Assembly (NCBI GenBank): GCA_017472065.1
Contig: JAFURB010000004.1
Span: 17,034 to 81,033, forward strand
DNA from: Alphaproteobacteria bacterium
GTDB taxonomy: Bacteria; Pseudomonadota; Alphaproteobacteria; Rs-D84
Reading direction: 5' to 3'
DNA length: 64,000 nt
Shown piece by piece: positions 21,688 through 32,397 of this stretch. A program made the translations under genes and the position numbers. Position 1 is the stretch's first letter. Each line of letters starts with the position of its first letter. The notes under the pieces were generated by a model, which had not been told where the DNA came from, ran no database searches, and saw only the letters and a program-made list of their open reading frames with translations.

Positions 21688-21764
21688 GCAGAGTTCAGAG
21701 TTCAGAGTTCAGAGTTCAGATGTTTTTAGTATCTGCACTCTGCACTCTGCAAACTGCACTCTGC
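21688..21764. repeat. Inverted heptamer arrays in the nusA-infB intergenic region
   Basis: (GTTCAGA)4, an 11-nt spacer, then TCTGCAC TCTGCAC TCTGCAA ACTGCAC TCTGC. Confidence 0.9.
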
Positions 21765-21766
21765 GA

Positions 21767-23305
21767 TTATTCTTCGTCCTGGGTTATGCCGTATGCAACC
21801 TCGCGCGCTTTCATAATAATGCGGCCCGCCAGGCGGCTTGACATATTGTCTTCGCCCAAGATTTCGACCAATTCATCAGATGCCAAATCCGCCAAATCAT
21901 CCAGTGATTTAATGCCGGCTGCACCTAATTTCATAATTGTTGGACGTTTGATAAATGTAAATGTTAACAAATCATCAGACATGCCCAATTTGTGACCCTG
22001 GTCAATATAATCTTGTTCGATTTTATTCAGATAATCTTTGGCGCGTTTTTGTAATTCGGCCGCCAATTCTGAATTAAAGCCTTCGATTGATTCCAATTCG
22101 CTTAATTCAACAAATGCGATTTCTTCGATTGTACGGAAACCTTCGGTAATCAGCAGATGTGCAATCATTTCATCCACATCCAGGCCCGCGATAAACAATT
22201 CTGTCTTTTCTTTGAATTCTTTGGCGCGACGTTCTTGTTCTTCGGTTTCGTTCATAACATCGATATTCCAGCCAGTCAACTGTGATGCCAAACGCACATT
22301 TTGACCACGACGACCAATTGCCAATGATTGTTGATCTTCGTTTACAACAACGGCGGCGGTACGGGTATCTTCGTCAACGATGATTTTTGCGACCTTGGCA
22401 GGTTGCATAGCGTTCACGATAAATACGGCCGGATCTTCGGAATACAAAATAACATCAATTTTTTCACCGTGGCATTCGTTGATAACAGGCTGGATACGAG
22501 TACCCTTGATACCAACAGTCATACCAACCGCGTCAATTGATGGATCAGCGGTTTCAACAGCGATTTTCGCATGTGAACCCGGCGCACGCGCAACAGATTT
22601 AATTTTGATAATGCCTTCATAGATTTCTGGCACTTCTTGGACAAACAGTTTTTCCATAAACATTGGATGTGTACGGGTCAGGAAAATTTGTGGTCCTGAA
22701 TTAGAACGCGCAACATCCATAATCAATGCACGAACACGATCACCAACGGTTAAACGTTCACCAGGGATTAATTCAGAACCCTTGATATAACCTTCGGCTT
22801 TGCCATTGATATCAACAAAGATGTTGCCGAATTCAATGCGCTTAACAACACCGCTGACGATGTCGCCAATATTGTCTTTGAATTCTTCGTATTGACGGCC
22901 TTTTTCAGCATCGCGAACGCGTGCAGTCATAATCTGTTTTGCCGTCTGGAACGCCATGCGACCAAATTCTGGTTCTGGCAATGCATCTTCGACCGTGTCA
23001 CCAACAACCGGTGATTTGGCATATTTTTTTGCCTGGTCAACCGTTAGCATTGTGTTTGGATCATATTCTTCGCCCATGCTTTCTGGGGATTCGATAACTG
23101 TAAACAAGCGTTTAACATAAATCGCACCGTTCTTGCGATCAATGTTTGCAACAATATTAAATTCTTCGCCATATTTATGCTTAGCGATTTTGGCAATCGC
23201 CGCTTCTAATGATTCAATAACAATTTCACGATCAATCATCTTTTCCTGGGCCAGTGATTCAATTGCAAGTAATAAATCCTGGCGTGGCATCGAAACAAAA
23301 GACAT
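21767..23305 (-). CDS. nusA: Transcription termination factor NusA
   Basis: FGRMAFQTAKQ, S1 and KH domains, SLAIGRRGQNVRLASQLTGW, acidic C-terminal repeats. Confidence 0.97.
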   Translation of the reverse strand: MSFVSMPRQDLLLAIESLAQEKMIDREIVIESLEAAIAKIAKHKYGEEFNIVANIDRKNGAIYVKRLFTVIESPESMGEEYDPNTMLTVDQAKKYAKSPVVGDTVEDALPEPEFGRMAFQTAKQIMTARVRDAEKGRQYEEFKDNIGDIVSGVVKRIEFGNIFVDINGKAEGYIKGSELIPGERLTVGDRVRALIMDVARSNSGPQIFLTRTHPMFMEKLFVQEVPEIYEGIIKIKSVARAPGSHAKIAVETADPSIDAVGMTVGIKGTRIQPVINECHGEKIDVILYSEDPAVFIVNAMQPAKVAKIIVDEDTRTAAVVVNEDQQSLAIGRRGQNVRLASQLTGWNIDVMNETEEQERRAKEFKEKTELFIAGLDVDEMIAHLLITEGFRTIEEIAFVELSELESIEGFNSELAAELQKRAKDYLNKIEQDYIDQGHKLGMSDDLLTFTFIKRPTIMKLGAAGIKSLDDLADLASDELVEILGEDNMSSRLAGRIIMKAREVAYGITQDEE

Positions 23306-23338
23306 TTGTTTTACTCCTTATACTTGTTTACGTGTCTT

Positions 23339-23377
23339 ATTAAAAGGCGGGGTTCTTTCAACCCCGCCCTTAAAAAA
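23339..23377 (-). promoter_or_regulatory. Terminator-like hairpin in the nusA 5' leader (candidate attenuator)
   Basis: Minus strand GGCGGGGTT-GAAAG-AACCCCGCC-TTTT, downstream of TTGCAA-N16-TAGAAT (23397-23424). Confidence 0.65.
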
Positions 23378-23479
23378 CTGATTTAAGAACAAGTCTATTC
23401 TAGCATCGAATCGATTAATTGCAAGGAAAAAGTAGAATATTATTTGACGGTTGGGCTTTTGGGTTTTATACTGTGTTTT

Positions 23480-24538
23480 ATGAAGATTCTTAATAAATAT
23501 TTTTCACGGCAACTTATCGCGATATTTTTTATGTTGCTGATGGTGTTGACGGGGTTGGCGTGGATGGTGCAAATCATGTCCATGATGAAATTCCTGTTGA
23601 ACTATGGCGTGAATTTGGGCAGTTTCTTGGGATTAACCGCATTAATGATACCTTTTATCATGTCGATTATCGTACCATTTGTTACATTTATTGCGGTAAT
23701 ATTTATCTACAACAAATTGATATCAGATAACGAAGTAACCGTGATGGCGGCATCGGGCATGTCACCAAAACAGATTGCAAAACCTGCATTGTGGTTGGCG
23801 GGGGTGCTGACGGTTTTACACCTGGGGTTAAGTGTTTGGTTGGTACCGGCCAGCCAATCAAAATTCTATGACACACAGTGGAATTTGCGTTACGGTATGG
23901 CCCACATGAAATTACAAGAAGGTGCATTTACCGAACTGAACGACGGGTTGGTCGTATATGTGGACAAGGTGTCTGGACATGACCTGGCCCAGGTGATGTT
24001 GTCTGATAAGCGTGACGCAGGCGCATGGCAGGCTATATTTGCAGAAAAAGGCAAATTGGTATCAACGCCACGGGGGCTGTCTATTGTTATGACAAACGGT
24101 TCGTTGCAGGCAACGGGCAATGCCATGGTAACCGGAACATTTGATACATTTGACATGGATTTGAATATTGTAGACAAAGGCGACAACACATCTTTTCGTG
24201 TTCGTCGTGTTCCAACAATTCAATTAATTAAATCTGTGTTGGATTCACCAGACATCAAACGCCATAAAACAGTTTTAACAGAATTGGCAAATCGTATTTT
24301 GATGCCGTTTATGAACCTGGTATTGGCCGCACTGTGTGTATGCATATTATTGCGTTCATCATTGTTGCGTCGCAGGGCCAGTGTTGCACCTGCGATTGCG
24401 GTCGCATCAATGGCGGCAGTGATGGCATTGTTTATGTCAGGCGCGAATATGATTGCCAGTCTTAGCGGATTATTCATCCTGGGCATACTTGAATTTGTGT
24501 TATTTATTGGTATATTATTCGTATTGGCCAAAAAATGA
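23480..24538 (+). CDS. lptF: LPS export ABC transporter permease LptF/LptG family
   Basis: ILNKYFSRQ, DNEVTVMAASGMS, GAF motif, multiple TM helices; lies upstream of lptD. Confidence 0.85.
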   Translation: MKILNKYFSRQLIAIFFMLLMVLTGLAWMVQIMSMMKFLLNYGVNLGSFLGLTALMIPFIMSIIVPFVTFIAVIFIYNKLISDNEVTVMAASGMSPKQIAKPALWLAGVLTVLHLGLSVWLVPASQSKFYDTQWNLRYGMAHMKLQEGAFTELNDGLVVYVDKVSGHDLAQVMLSDKRDAGAWQAIFAEKGKLVSTPRGLSIVMTNGSLQATGNAMVTGTFDTFDMDLNIVDKGDNTSFRVRRVPTIQLIKSVLDSPDIKRHKTVLTELANRILMPFMNLVLAALCVCILLRSSLLRRRASVAPAIAVASMAAVMALFMSGANMIASLSGLFILGILEFVLFIGILFVLAKK

Positions 24539-26559
24539 AGAAAACATCTGTGTTTTTAATGTTTGCGTATGCGGTATCAAATACCGCAGTGGCCAGTATG
24601 TCAATCAGTGCCGACGAACCCAAGACTATTACCGCTGATAAAATTGAATACGACATCAAAAGTTCTACGATAAAAACATCGGGACAGACAGAAATCATTA
24701 ACAAATCAGGCCAGCGCATGACACTGGTCGATTCTTATATTTCACAAGATGGTAATAATTTAACCGGTGACGATATCCGTTTGTGGATTGGTGATCATGT
24801 GTATATTGAATCTGCAAACATCGAAAGAACCGGCAATACAACCGTTGCGCGTGACGCATTGTTCACAGCATGCGATAACTGTGACAGTTTTGGTGATGCA
24901 TGGGAAATATCTACATACAAAATTGTATATAAAATGGATGAACGCATGCTGCGATTCTATAGTCCGGTGATGTGGGCATATGATATACCGGTGCTGTGGT
25001 TGCCATATTTTGAAATGCCAGACCCGGGGGTGAAATATAAAACTGGATTTTTAACCCCAGATTTTGAATCTACGAATAAAATGGGAACCCAGATAAACAT
25101 CCCAATTTATGTCAATTTTTCTGATACGCATGATATGACAGCAACATTGTCATATTTGACCCAGGAAAATCCTTTGTTCCAGATTGAACACCGGTTAAAT
25201 GCGTCGCATTCTGAATATCGTACCCAGGCATCTTATACATATAACAAGGCCGGGGAAAGTCGTTGGCATATTTTCAATGATGATGTTATCGAACTGGGGG
25301 ATAATGCACGCGCAACAATATTCTTGGAACGCGCATCAGATAAAACATATCTGCAGAAATATGGATTCTATAGCGACCAGCCTTATTTGGATTCTGGGGC
25401 AAAACTGGAATTGTTTGGACAATCATCGTATGTTGTCGCAGATGCACACATATTCCAAGAAATGCGTACAGAATATCGTGGCAACAGCACAATCCCCAGT
25501 GGCAATATTTTGCCAAATATTCGCGGTGTGTATCAAACCCAGCCGTTATTCAATGAAACATATATGACATTTATCACAGACATCCTGGGCGTGTCGGGGG
25601 ATGGCATGTCATCCCAGCGTTTAACCGGTGATGCACGCATAACATCACCATGGACACTGTGGGGGGGAAATCGCCTGACATTAAGTTTGGATGCGCGATA
25701 TGACCTGTACCATTTTGATAACACGGATTTAGTTGATGCGTACGATTTTTCCGGTTTCAAAAACAGATTCTTGCCCAGCGGATATGCCGAGTGGGGATTG
25801 CCAATGTTTCGGACATCACAAAACTGGACCCAGGTTATTGAACCGCGCGCACGCCTGACCGTGATGCGCCGAACAGAAGACGAACAGTTTAGTTTGAACA
25901 CCGATTCTGCAGGAACATTTTTGTCTGATTCAACACTGTTTTCTGACAACAGATTTTCTGGATATGATTTATGGGAAAATGGAACATTTGCAGACTATGG
26001 TATGCGTTGGTCCGCGTTTAACAATAACGATGGTTCAACCGCAGAAGTTTTCTTGGGCCAGGCATATGATTTTACCGACCGTGCCGCAACCGATATCAAC
26101 AGTGGTTATCATCACGGGGCAAGTGACTATGTCGCGCGCATTGGATATAACAACAATAAATGGTTAGATGTCGCGACGCGTTTTCGTTTAGACAGAACTG
26201 ATTTAGCATTGCGCCACATGGAAACATCAATGCATTTGGGAACATCTAAGAATTTCTTAAATGTGGGGCATATTTGGTCACAACAATTCGAAGATACAAT
26301 GGCGCGCGAAGATAATATTAACGAAGCCGTCATCGGTGCCGGGATTCAATTAACAAATCGTTGGGCATTGCGATGGAACGGTATCTATAACATGACCATT
26401 GGCGAATTTCAGCGTCATACCGGTGGATTTTTCTATGAACATCCATGCTATTATTTATCAATCGAATATCGTCGCGATAACGCGGTCAAAGAAGACTATG
26501 TCGGAACAACAACATTTCAATTCAGATTTGGGATGAGCATTGATGGCCAACGATATTAA
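24535..26559 (+). CDS. lptD: LPS assembly protein LptD
   Basis: ADKIEYD, FTACDNC, TGFLTP, DNRFSGYD, and a C-terminal barrel ending. Confidence 0.92.
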   Translation: MKKTSVFLMFAYAVSNTAVASMSISADEPKTITADKIEYDIKSSTIKTSGQTEIINKSGQRMTLVDSYISQDGNNLTGDDIRLWIGDHVYIESANIERTGNTTVARDALFTACDNCDSFGDAWEISTYKIVYKMDERMLRFYSPVMWAYDIPVLWLPYFEMPDPGVKYKTGFLTPDFESTNKMGTQINIPIYVNFSDTHDMTATLSYLTQENPLFQIEHRLNASHSEYRTQASYTYNKAGESRWHIFNDDVIELGDNARATIFLERASDKTYLQKYGFYSDQPYLDSGAKLELFGQSSYVVADAHIFQEMRTEYRGNSTIPSGNILPNIRGVYQTQPLFNETYMTFITDILGVSGDGMSSQRLTGDARITSPWTLWGGNRLTLSLDARYDLYHFDNTDLVDAYDFSGFKNRFLPSGYAEWGLPMFRTSQNWTQVIEPRARLTVMRRTEDEQFSLNTDSAGTFLSDSTLFSDNRFSGYDLWENGTFADYGMRWSAFNNNDGSTAEVFLGQAYDFTDRAATDINSGYHHGASDYVARIGYNNNKWLDVATRFRLDRTDLALRHMETSMHLGTSKNFLNVGHIWSQQFEDTMAREDNINEAVIGAGIQLTNRWALRWNGIYNMTIGEFQRHTGGFFYEHPCYYLSIEYRRDNAVKEDYVGTTTFQFRFGMSIDGQRY

Positions 26560-26578
26560 TCAAAGGACGGAAGGGAAT

Positions 26579-27397
26579 ATGAAAAAAGCACTGATATTTT
26601 TATCAATAATGTTTGCGATGCCGGCATATGCAGCATCGGTTGTTGCAACGATTAACGGTAAACCAATTACAGATACAGATGTAACATCGCGTACAACACT
26701 GATGGCAAAGCAAGGCAAAACATCGGCTGACAATCGTCGGGTGGCATTAAATGCAATTATTGATGATGCGGTTAAGTTGGCACATGCATCAAACTTTGGC
26801 GTGGTGCCAAGTGATGACGATGTTGATAAAGAACTGAAAAAAATGAAGTTGGGCGATTTGTCCGCAGCGGAACGCGATATGGCGCGCAGTGCGCTGAAAT
26901 CTGAAATCGCATGGCAGGTTCTGGTTGCGCGAACAATCGTACCAAACATTGATGTGTCTGCCGAAGAAATTGATGCAGAAAAAAAATCACTGGCGGTGGA
27001 ACACGGATTGCCCATTGAAATGACAATTGTGCGTCTGGTTAACATTCCGGAATCAGTTGCAAAAAAACTGACCACACCAAAAAATTGCGACGATGCAATT
27101 AAAATCGCAGAAGATTTAGGTGGCGCACCACAAAAGATTACAGCCATGCAATATGAATTAGCCACCGATGTTCGCGAACAAGTGGTGGCGTTAAAAAAAC
27201 TGACATGGTCGCCACGGGTGGATGGCAATGTTTTGTTGGTATGTGATTCTAAAAAGACCAAAGAATACGGTGACCTGGACGATATTATTAAACAAAACGC
27301 AGTATTCAAATCTGCGATGTTCCAGGCCGACCAGCAATTAAAACAATTACGACGCAAGGCAGTGATTGTTATTAACGACGACAGATACAAGATATAA
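26579..27397 (+). CDS. surA: SurA-like periplasmic chaperone
   Basis: VVATINGKPIT, C-terminal LRRKAVI; follows lptD. Confidence 0.75.
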   Translation: MKKALIFLSIMFAMPAYAASVVATINGKPITDTDVTSRTTLMAKQGKTSADNRRVALNAIIDDAVKLAHASNFGVVPSDDDVDKELKKMKLGDLSAAERDMARSALKSEIAWQVLVARTIVPNIDVSAEEIDAEKKSLAVEHGLPIEMTIVRLVNIPESVAKKLTTPKNCDDAIKIAEDLGGAPQKITAMQYELATDVREQVVALKKLTWSPRVDGNVLLVCDSKKTKEYGDLDDIIKQNAVFKSAMFQADQQLKQLRRKAVIVINDDRYKI

Positions 27398-27400
27398 ACA

Positions 27401-28501
27401 ATGACAAAGCAAATTTTATTTAACCTGAATGATGCAGAACTGGCCCAGTTTGTTGAACAAATGGGTCAACCAAAGTTTCGCGCCAAACAAATTCGCGAGT
27501 GGTTATTGCGTGGCGCACCTGATTTCGCATCAATGAAAAATATCCCTGATGCTTTACGCAAAGACCTGGATAAGGTGGCACAAACATTACCGGTTAAGAT
27601 TATTAAAAAACTGGAATCTGCAGACGGCGAAACAACTAAATTCTTGCTGGAACTGGGCGATGGCGAAACGATTGAGTGTGTTTTGATGCGTACAACATAC
27701 GGCAACAGTGTTTGTGTCAGTTCCCAGGCAGGTTGTGCAATGGGATGCCGTTTCTGTGCCAGTACACTGTTGGGTCTAAAACGCAATTTAACCGCCAATG
27801 AAATATTTGCACAAATATTGGTTGCACACTGGGAATTGCGTAGTGATAAATTTAGCGATAAACCTATTCGACCAAATGGTGATGTAAATAACAATGATGT
27901 TTCGCATATTGTTATTATGGGAACCGGCGAACCATTACAAAACACAGAAAATGTAATCGATTTTATTGAACGCGCGAATCGTGAAATGGGAATTGGATGG
28001 CGACGAATAACGGTATCAACATGCGGCATTGTGCCAGGTATCGAACGACTGATTGATTGGGGCCGACCAATAAATTTGGCAATTTCTTTGCATGCGCCAA
28101 CCGATGAATTGCGTTCACAAATAATGCCGATTAACAATAAATATAAATTAAGCGAAGTACTGGATGCGGCATGGCGTTTCACAGACAATCATAATCGGCA
28201 ATTAATGATTGAATACATATTGCTGGGGCGGCGCGATGAAAATGGGGAAACTGTTTTATACAACGCAACACCAGAATATGCAGAAAAGTTATCACAACTG
28301 TTACAAGGTAAAAATTGTATGGTGAATTTAATACCGTGGAACGCCGTTGATGAACGCGATTTTGCATCACCATCGGGTAACGCGGTGCATCGTTTCCAAG
28401 ATATCCTTATCAAGAACGGTATTCATACGCGTATTCGCCGCGAACGCGGAACAGATATCGGTTCGGCGTGCGGGCAATTGCGATTAAATAATGCAAAATA
28501 A
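27401..28501 (+). CDS. rlmN: 23S rRNA/tRNA m2A methyltransferase RlmN
   Basis: CVSSQAGCAMGCRFC, MGTGEP, SLHAP and ACGQL motifs. Confidence 0.96.
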   Translation: MTKQILFNLNDAELAQFVEQMGQPKFRAKQIREWLLRGAPDFASMKNIPDALRKDLDKVAQTLPVKIIKKLESADGETTKFLLELGDGETIECVLMRTTYGNSVCVSSQAGCAMGCRFCASTLLGLKRNLTANEIFAQILVAHWELRSDKFSDKPIRPNGDVNNNDVSHIVIMGTGEPLQNTENVIDFIERANREMGIGWRRITVSTCGIVPGIERLIDWGRPINLAISLHAPTDELRSQIMPINNKYKLSEVLDAAWRFTDNHNRQLMIEYILLGRRDENGETVLYNATPEYAEKLSQLLQGKNCMVNLIPWNAVDERDFASPSGNAVHRFQDILIKNGIHTRIRRERGTDIGSACGQLRLNNAK

Positions 28502-28524
28502 AAATCCCCAAGATGGGGATTTTT
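28500..28524. terminator. Bidirectional terminator
   Basis: AAAAATCCCCA-AGA-TGGGGATTTTT. Confidence 0.8.
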
Positions 28525-29857
28525 ATTTAGTTTTTTGAATACGACCAAATGTCAGCCATGCAATTTGTTGCAACACAGATGTCTTGTCGTTTATTTTACG
28601 CGCAACATCGGTATCACCATCTACAAAGAAAACTTTTGGCATCAAACCACGTGCCGGTTGACTAATTTCCATCGGCGCACCGTTAATCTGTGCAATTGTT
28701 TTGCAGATTTCGCGTTTAATTTCTTTGACGCGTTGTTTTTGTGCAAACCCAGAACACCAATCATCAACATCACGTTGCACTTCGGTATGAATTTGATGTC
28801 TTAATTTCTTGGACGGCTTGATACCATCGTCAAAATTAAATTGCCCTGCCCTGTCAAACTTAGTTGGTTGTAATTCAGCCAATTGTGCCATTTGGCGATG
28901 CAGTGAAATGCTTTGTTCATTTGTTTCTGCAATTGCCTGGGGCAGAACATGTTTAATTAGATTATCAAGACGCGATTCCAGGTCACGTTGACGCGGCCCG
29001 GGGATAGATGTCAGGGCAAATTTCTTGCCTGGGATTACGGCCTTGGCAGTCATATGTGTGCGATACACCTTGCGAAGGTGTTGTAATCTTTCCAGTGTCA
29101 AACCCAACAAAGCACGACGAAATGCCCACCATACGGTTTCGTTTACAATCTTGTGCATGCGGTTATTCAAATATGCAGGTGGCACATTACCAGAATCCAT
29201 AACACCCTGGACCAATGCCGCATTTTTATTCAGCATCGGGCGCGTTGGCGCGTGTTTAGCCGCCATTGGCCACATCATACCAAAATCCCATGAATCCAGC
29301 CCCTTAATCGTTTTAATATATTTATCATGTGTATCCTGGGGGACATTAGATGGTTTTTCGTACTGAAAAAACTTCATCTGTTCATACAGGTTTGTGTTCG
29401 CATGTTCTTGTTTTGGATAAAACAAATCGCCATATACACCATAAATTAAATCAAACGAGATATCTGACACGAACGCGCCACGGGGCGACTGGTTTCCCAT
29501 AATGCGTGTCGACTGCATTGCAATGCGATTATCATTACCAACCGTTACAAAACGCCATCCGGCGGGGGCAAATTTGTTCATTGATGCCAATATAAATCGC
29601 ATATCAAATACAGACATCTGATTTTTGATTTCTTTCTGGACCTGGGCCTTGTGTTCTTTGGCCATGGCTTGTGCAGTGCGTTTGGCATCGCGTTTTTTGT
29701 TATGCAATGGATCCTTGGACTGCTGGGGGCGTTCAACATATACCATACGCTTTACAAATTTTTTGCCGTCCTTGACCCGTTTACGCAACATCATGCCGCC
29801 CGGCACAGGTGCCGATACAGGTGTATTTTCTGTTTTGTTTTCTGTTTGCTCACTCAT
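28523..29857 (-). CDS. Hypothetical basic protein (444 aa)
   Basis: Long ORF ending in the shared terminator; no recognised motif. Confidence 0.75.
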   Translation of the reverse strand: MSEQTENKTENTPVSAPVPGGMMLRKRVKDGKKFVKRMVYVERPQQSKDPLHNKKRDAKRTAQAMAKEHKAQVQKEIKNQMSVFDMRFILASMNKFAPAGWRFVTVGNDNRIAMQSTRIMGNQSPRGAFVSDISFDLIYGVYGDLFYPKQEHANTNLYEQMKFFQYEKPSNVPQDTHDKYIKTIKGLDSWDFGMMWPMAAKHAPTRPMLNKNAALVQGVMDSGNVPPAYLNNRMHKIVNETVWWAFRRALLGLTLERLQHLRKVYRTHMTAKAVIPGKKFALTSIPGPRQRDLESRLDNLIKHVLPQAIAETNEQSISLHRQMAQLAELQPTKFDRAGQFNFDDGIKPSKKLRHQIHTEVQRDVDDWCSGFAQKQRVKEIKREICKTIAQINGAPMEISQPARGLMPKVFFVDGDTDVARKINDKTSVLQQIAWLTFGRIQKTK

Positions 29858-29922
29858 ATAAAAAACCTTAATACATATATTCTTTTCTTAGATTAAAAAA
29901 TCCGCATTACGCGGATTAATCT

Positions 29923-29999
29923 TGGTGGGTGTTGAGGGACTCAAACCCCCGACCCTCTCGGTGTAAACGAGATGCTCTAATCAACTGAGCTAAACACCC
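29923..29999 (-). tRNA. tRNA-Val(TAC)
   Basis: Cloverleaf GGGTGTT...AACACCC-ACCA; anticodon loop TTTACAC; followed by a hairpin at 29895-29918. Confidence 0.95.
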
Positions 30000-30115
30000 A
30001 AAGCCCAGCAATATTAACCTATACTTTTTCATTTGTCAAATATTTTTTGTGTATGTGATTATATTGGGGAAATATTATTATTTGCAAACCGCTAAATATG
30101 CTTTATAATTCCGAC

Positions 30116-30187
30116 TGCGAAGATGGAATTGTTCCTTTTTATGCTTGGATATATCAAGAGTATAAAGACGAATAATTTGTCTTCGCA
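30116..30187 (+). promoter_or_regulatory. Long hairpin in the pnp 5' leader (candidate RNase III autoregulation site)
   Basis: TGCGAAGA/TCTTCGCA, GAATTGTTC/GAATAATTT and TTTATGCT/AGTATAAA pair; upstream promoter TTGCAA-N16-TATAAT at 30082-30109. Confidence 0.7.
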
Positions 30188-30225
30188 ATGTAGAAAAGAA
30201 GAACAAATAAAAAATGGAGTAAAAA

Positions 30226-32388
30226 ATGGTATTTGGTTTATTCAAAAAAGATGCCAAATTAAACAACCCAGTTGTAGTCGAAGTACAATATGGTGACGAA
30301 GTGTTGCGCCTGGAAACAGGCCGCATGGCAAAACAGGCCAACGGTTCTGTGTTGGCAACAATGGGTGGCACAATGGTGCTGGCAACGGTATGTGCAGAAA
30401 AATCAGCCGTCGAAGGTCAAGATTTCTTTCCGCTAACCGTTGATTATCAAGAAAAATTTGCATCCGCGGGTCGTATCCCGGGGTCTCGCGATCGCCGCGA
30501 AGGCAAAGCATCAACCGCCGAAACATTAACTGCGCGTTTGATTGACCGTCCGATTCGACCACTGTTCCCAGAAACATTTAAGAACAAGGTTCAAATTATT
30601 GCCCAGGTATTTTCATACGATAAAAAGAATCAGCCAGATGTTTTGGCGATGATTGCGTCATCTGCGGCGTTGGCATTAAGCGGTGTTCCGTTCCAGGGTC
30701 CAATCGGTGCTGCGCGTGTCGGGTTTGCCGATGGTAAATATATTTTGAACCCATCTAAGAAAGCAACAGAAGAATCCGAAATGGATTTGGTTGTTGCCGC
30801 TACACGCGACGGTGTTTTAATGGTTGAATCTGAAATCGGTGAATTGGATGAACCAACAGTTTTAGGTGCGGTTAAATTTGGTTTTGATGCACAACAAACT
30901 GTTATCAATGCAATTAACGAATTGGCAGACAAAGCCGGCAAAGAGCGTTGGGAAACACCAGAAAAAACCGAAGAACAGTTGGCAATGGAATCTGATTTCG
31001 AACAATTTGCACCTGCTATTGAAAATGCATTGCAAATCAAAGAAAAATTGGTTCGCTTGGAAACTTTGGCCGATATCCATGCCGCGGCCAAGGCGCGTAT
31101 CCCAGAATTATTCCCAGAATCTGTACGCGCGACATCTACACTGGAATCATGGGCAGATGAAGTTGTTGAAAACCTGACGGCGCGTATTATGCGCGGCAAT
31201 ATCTTGGCCGGCAAACCGCGTATTGACGGTCGTGACAACAAGACAGTGCGTCCAATTGAAATTGAATTAGGCGTTTTGCCACGCGCACATGGTTCTGCGC
31301 TGTTTACACGCGGTGAAACACAGGCATTGGTGTCATTGACATTGGGTGGCGGCAAAGATGCATTGCCAATTGAATCATTGGACGGTGCCGAAGAACGCGA
31401 TTTCATCTTGAACTATAATTTCCCTGGCTATTCCGTTGGCGAATGCAAGGGTATCAAGGCCCCAGGCCGTCGTGAAATCGGTCACGGTAATTTGGCGTGG
31501 CGTGCGGTTCATCCAATGGTACCAACGCGTGCCGAATTTGATTATGTGATTCGTATCGTGTCCGACATCTTGGAATCAAACGGTTCATCATCAATGGCGA
31601 CAACATGTGGCGCAACATTGGCAATGATGGACGGCGGTGTTCCAATGAAACGCCCCGTAGCCGGTATCGCAATGGGATTGATTAAAGAAGGCGACGATTA
31701 CGCAATTCTGACAGACATCCTGGGCGACGAAGATCACTTGGGTGATATGGACTTTAAGGTAACTGGTACAGACCAGGGTATCACAGCGCTGCAGATGGAT
31801 ATCAAAATCACATCTATTACATTTGAAATCATGGAACGCGCGTTGGCCCAGGCAAAAGATGGCCGTATGCACATCTTGGGCAAGATTGAAAAAGCAATCA
31901 AAAAACCACGCGCAAATGTTTCTGAATTCGCCCCCCAGACATATACAATGAAAATCAACCCAGACAAGGTTCGTGAAGTAATTGGCAAGGGTGGTTCTGT
32001 GATTCAGGCACTGGTTCGTGAAACAAATACTATCATTGACCTGGAAGATGACGGTACAGTAAAAATCATGGCAACAACCAAAGAAGAAGCAGACGATGCA
32101 ATCGCCCGCATCAAAGATATTGTTGCAGAACCAGAAGTAGGCATGATTTACCAAGGAACTGTATCCGGGATAAAGGATTTCGGTTTGTTTGTAAAAATCA
32201 TGAACGGGTTCGAAGCCATGGTTCATATTTCTGAAATCACAGGTGAACGTATCGCTAAAATTGAAGATACAAAAATCAAAGAAGGCGACACGGTTTATGT
32301 TCGTTATCTGGGGGCCGACAAACGCGGTAAAACACGCATGTCTATGGTTGGCATCGACCAGAAAACGGGCGAAGAAATCAAGAAATAA
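30226..32388 (+). CDS. pnp: Polyribonucleotide nucleotidyltransferase
   Basis: FFPLTVDYQE, RLIDRPIRPLF, RREIGHG, ESNGSSSMA and GDMDFKV motifs; KH and S1 domains. Confidence 0.97.
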   Translation: MVFGLFKKDAKLNNPVVVEVQYGDEVLRLETGRMAKQANGSVLATMGGTMVLATVCAEKSAVEGQDFFPLTVDYQEKFASAGRIPGSRDRREGKASTAETLTARLIDRPIRPLFPETFKNKVQIIAQVFSYDKKNQPDVLAMIASSAALALSGVPFQGPIGAARVGFADGKYILNPSKKATEESEMDLVVAATRDGVLMVESEIGELDEPTVLGAVKFGFDAQQTVINAINELADKAGKERWETPEKTEEQLAMESDFEQFAPAIENALQIKEKLVRLETLADIHAAAKARIPELFPESVRATSTLESWADEVVENLTARIMRGNILAGKPRIDGRDNKTVRPIEIELGVLPRAHGSALFTRGETQALVSLTLGGGKDALPIESLDGAEERDFILNYNFPGYSVGECKGIKAPGRREIGHGNLAWRAVHPMVPTRAEFDYVIRIVSDILESNGSSSMATTCGATLAMMDGGVPMKRPVAGIAMGLIKEGDDYAILTDILGDEDHLGDMDFKVTGTDQGITALQMDIKITSITFEIMERALAQAKDGRMHILGKIEKAIKKPRANVSEFAPQTYTMKINPDKVREVIGKGGSVIQALVRETNTIIDLEDDGTVKIMATTKEEADDAIARIKDIVAEPEVGMIYQGTVSGIKDFGLFVKIMNGFEAMVHISEITGERIAKIEDTKIKEGDTVYVRYLGADKRGKTRMSMVGIDQKTGEEIKK

Positions 32389-32397
32389 GGTTGAGTT

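Noticed and set aside
19881-21995. Long plus-strand ORFs (337 and 361 aa) opposite infB/nusA
   Set aside because: Antisense shadows of strongly codon-biased genes; no motifs or RBS
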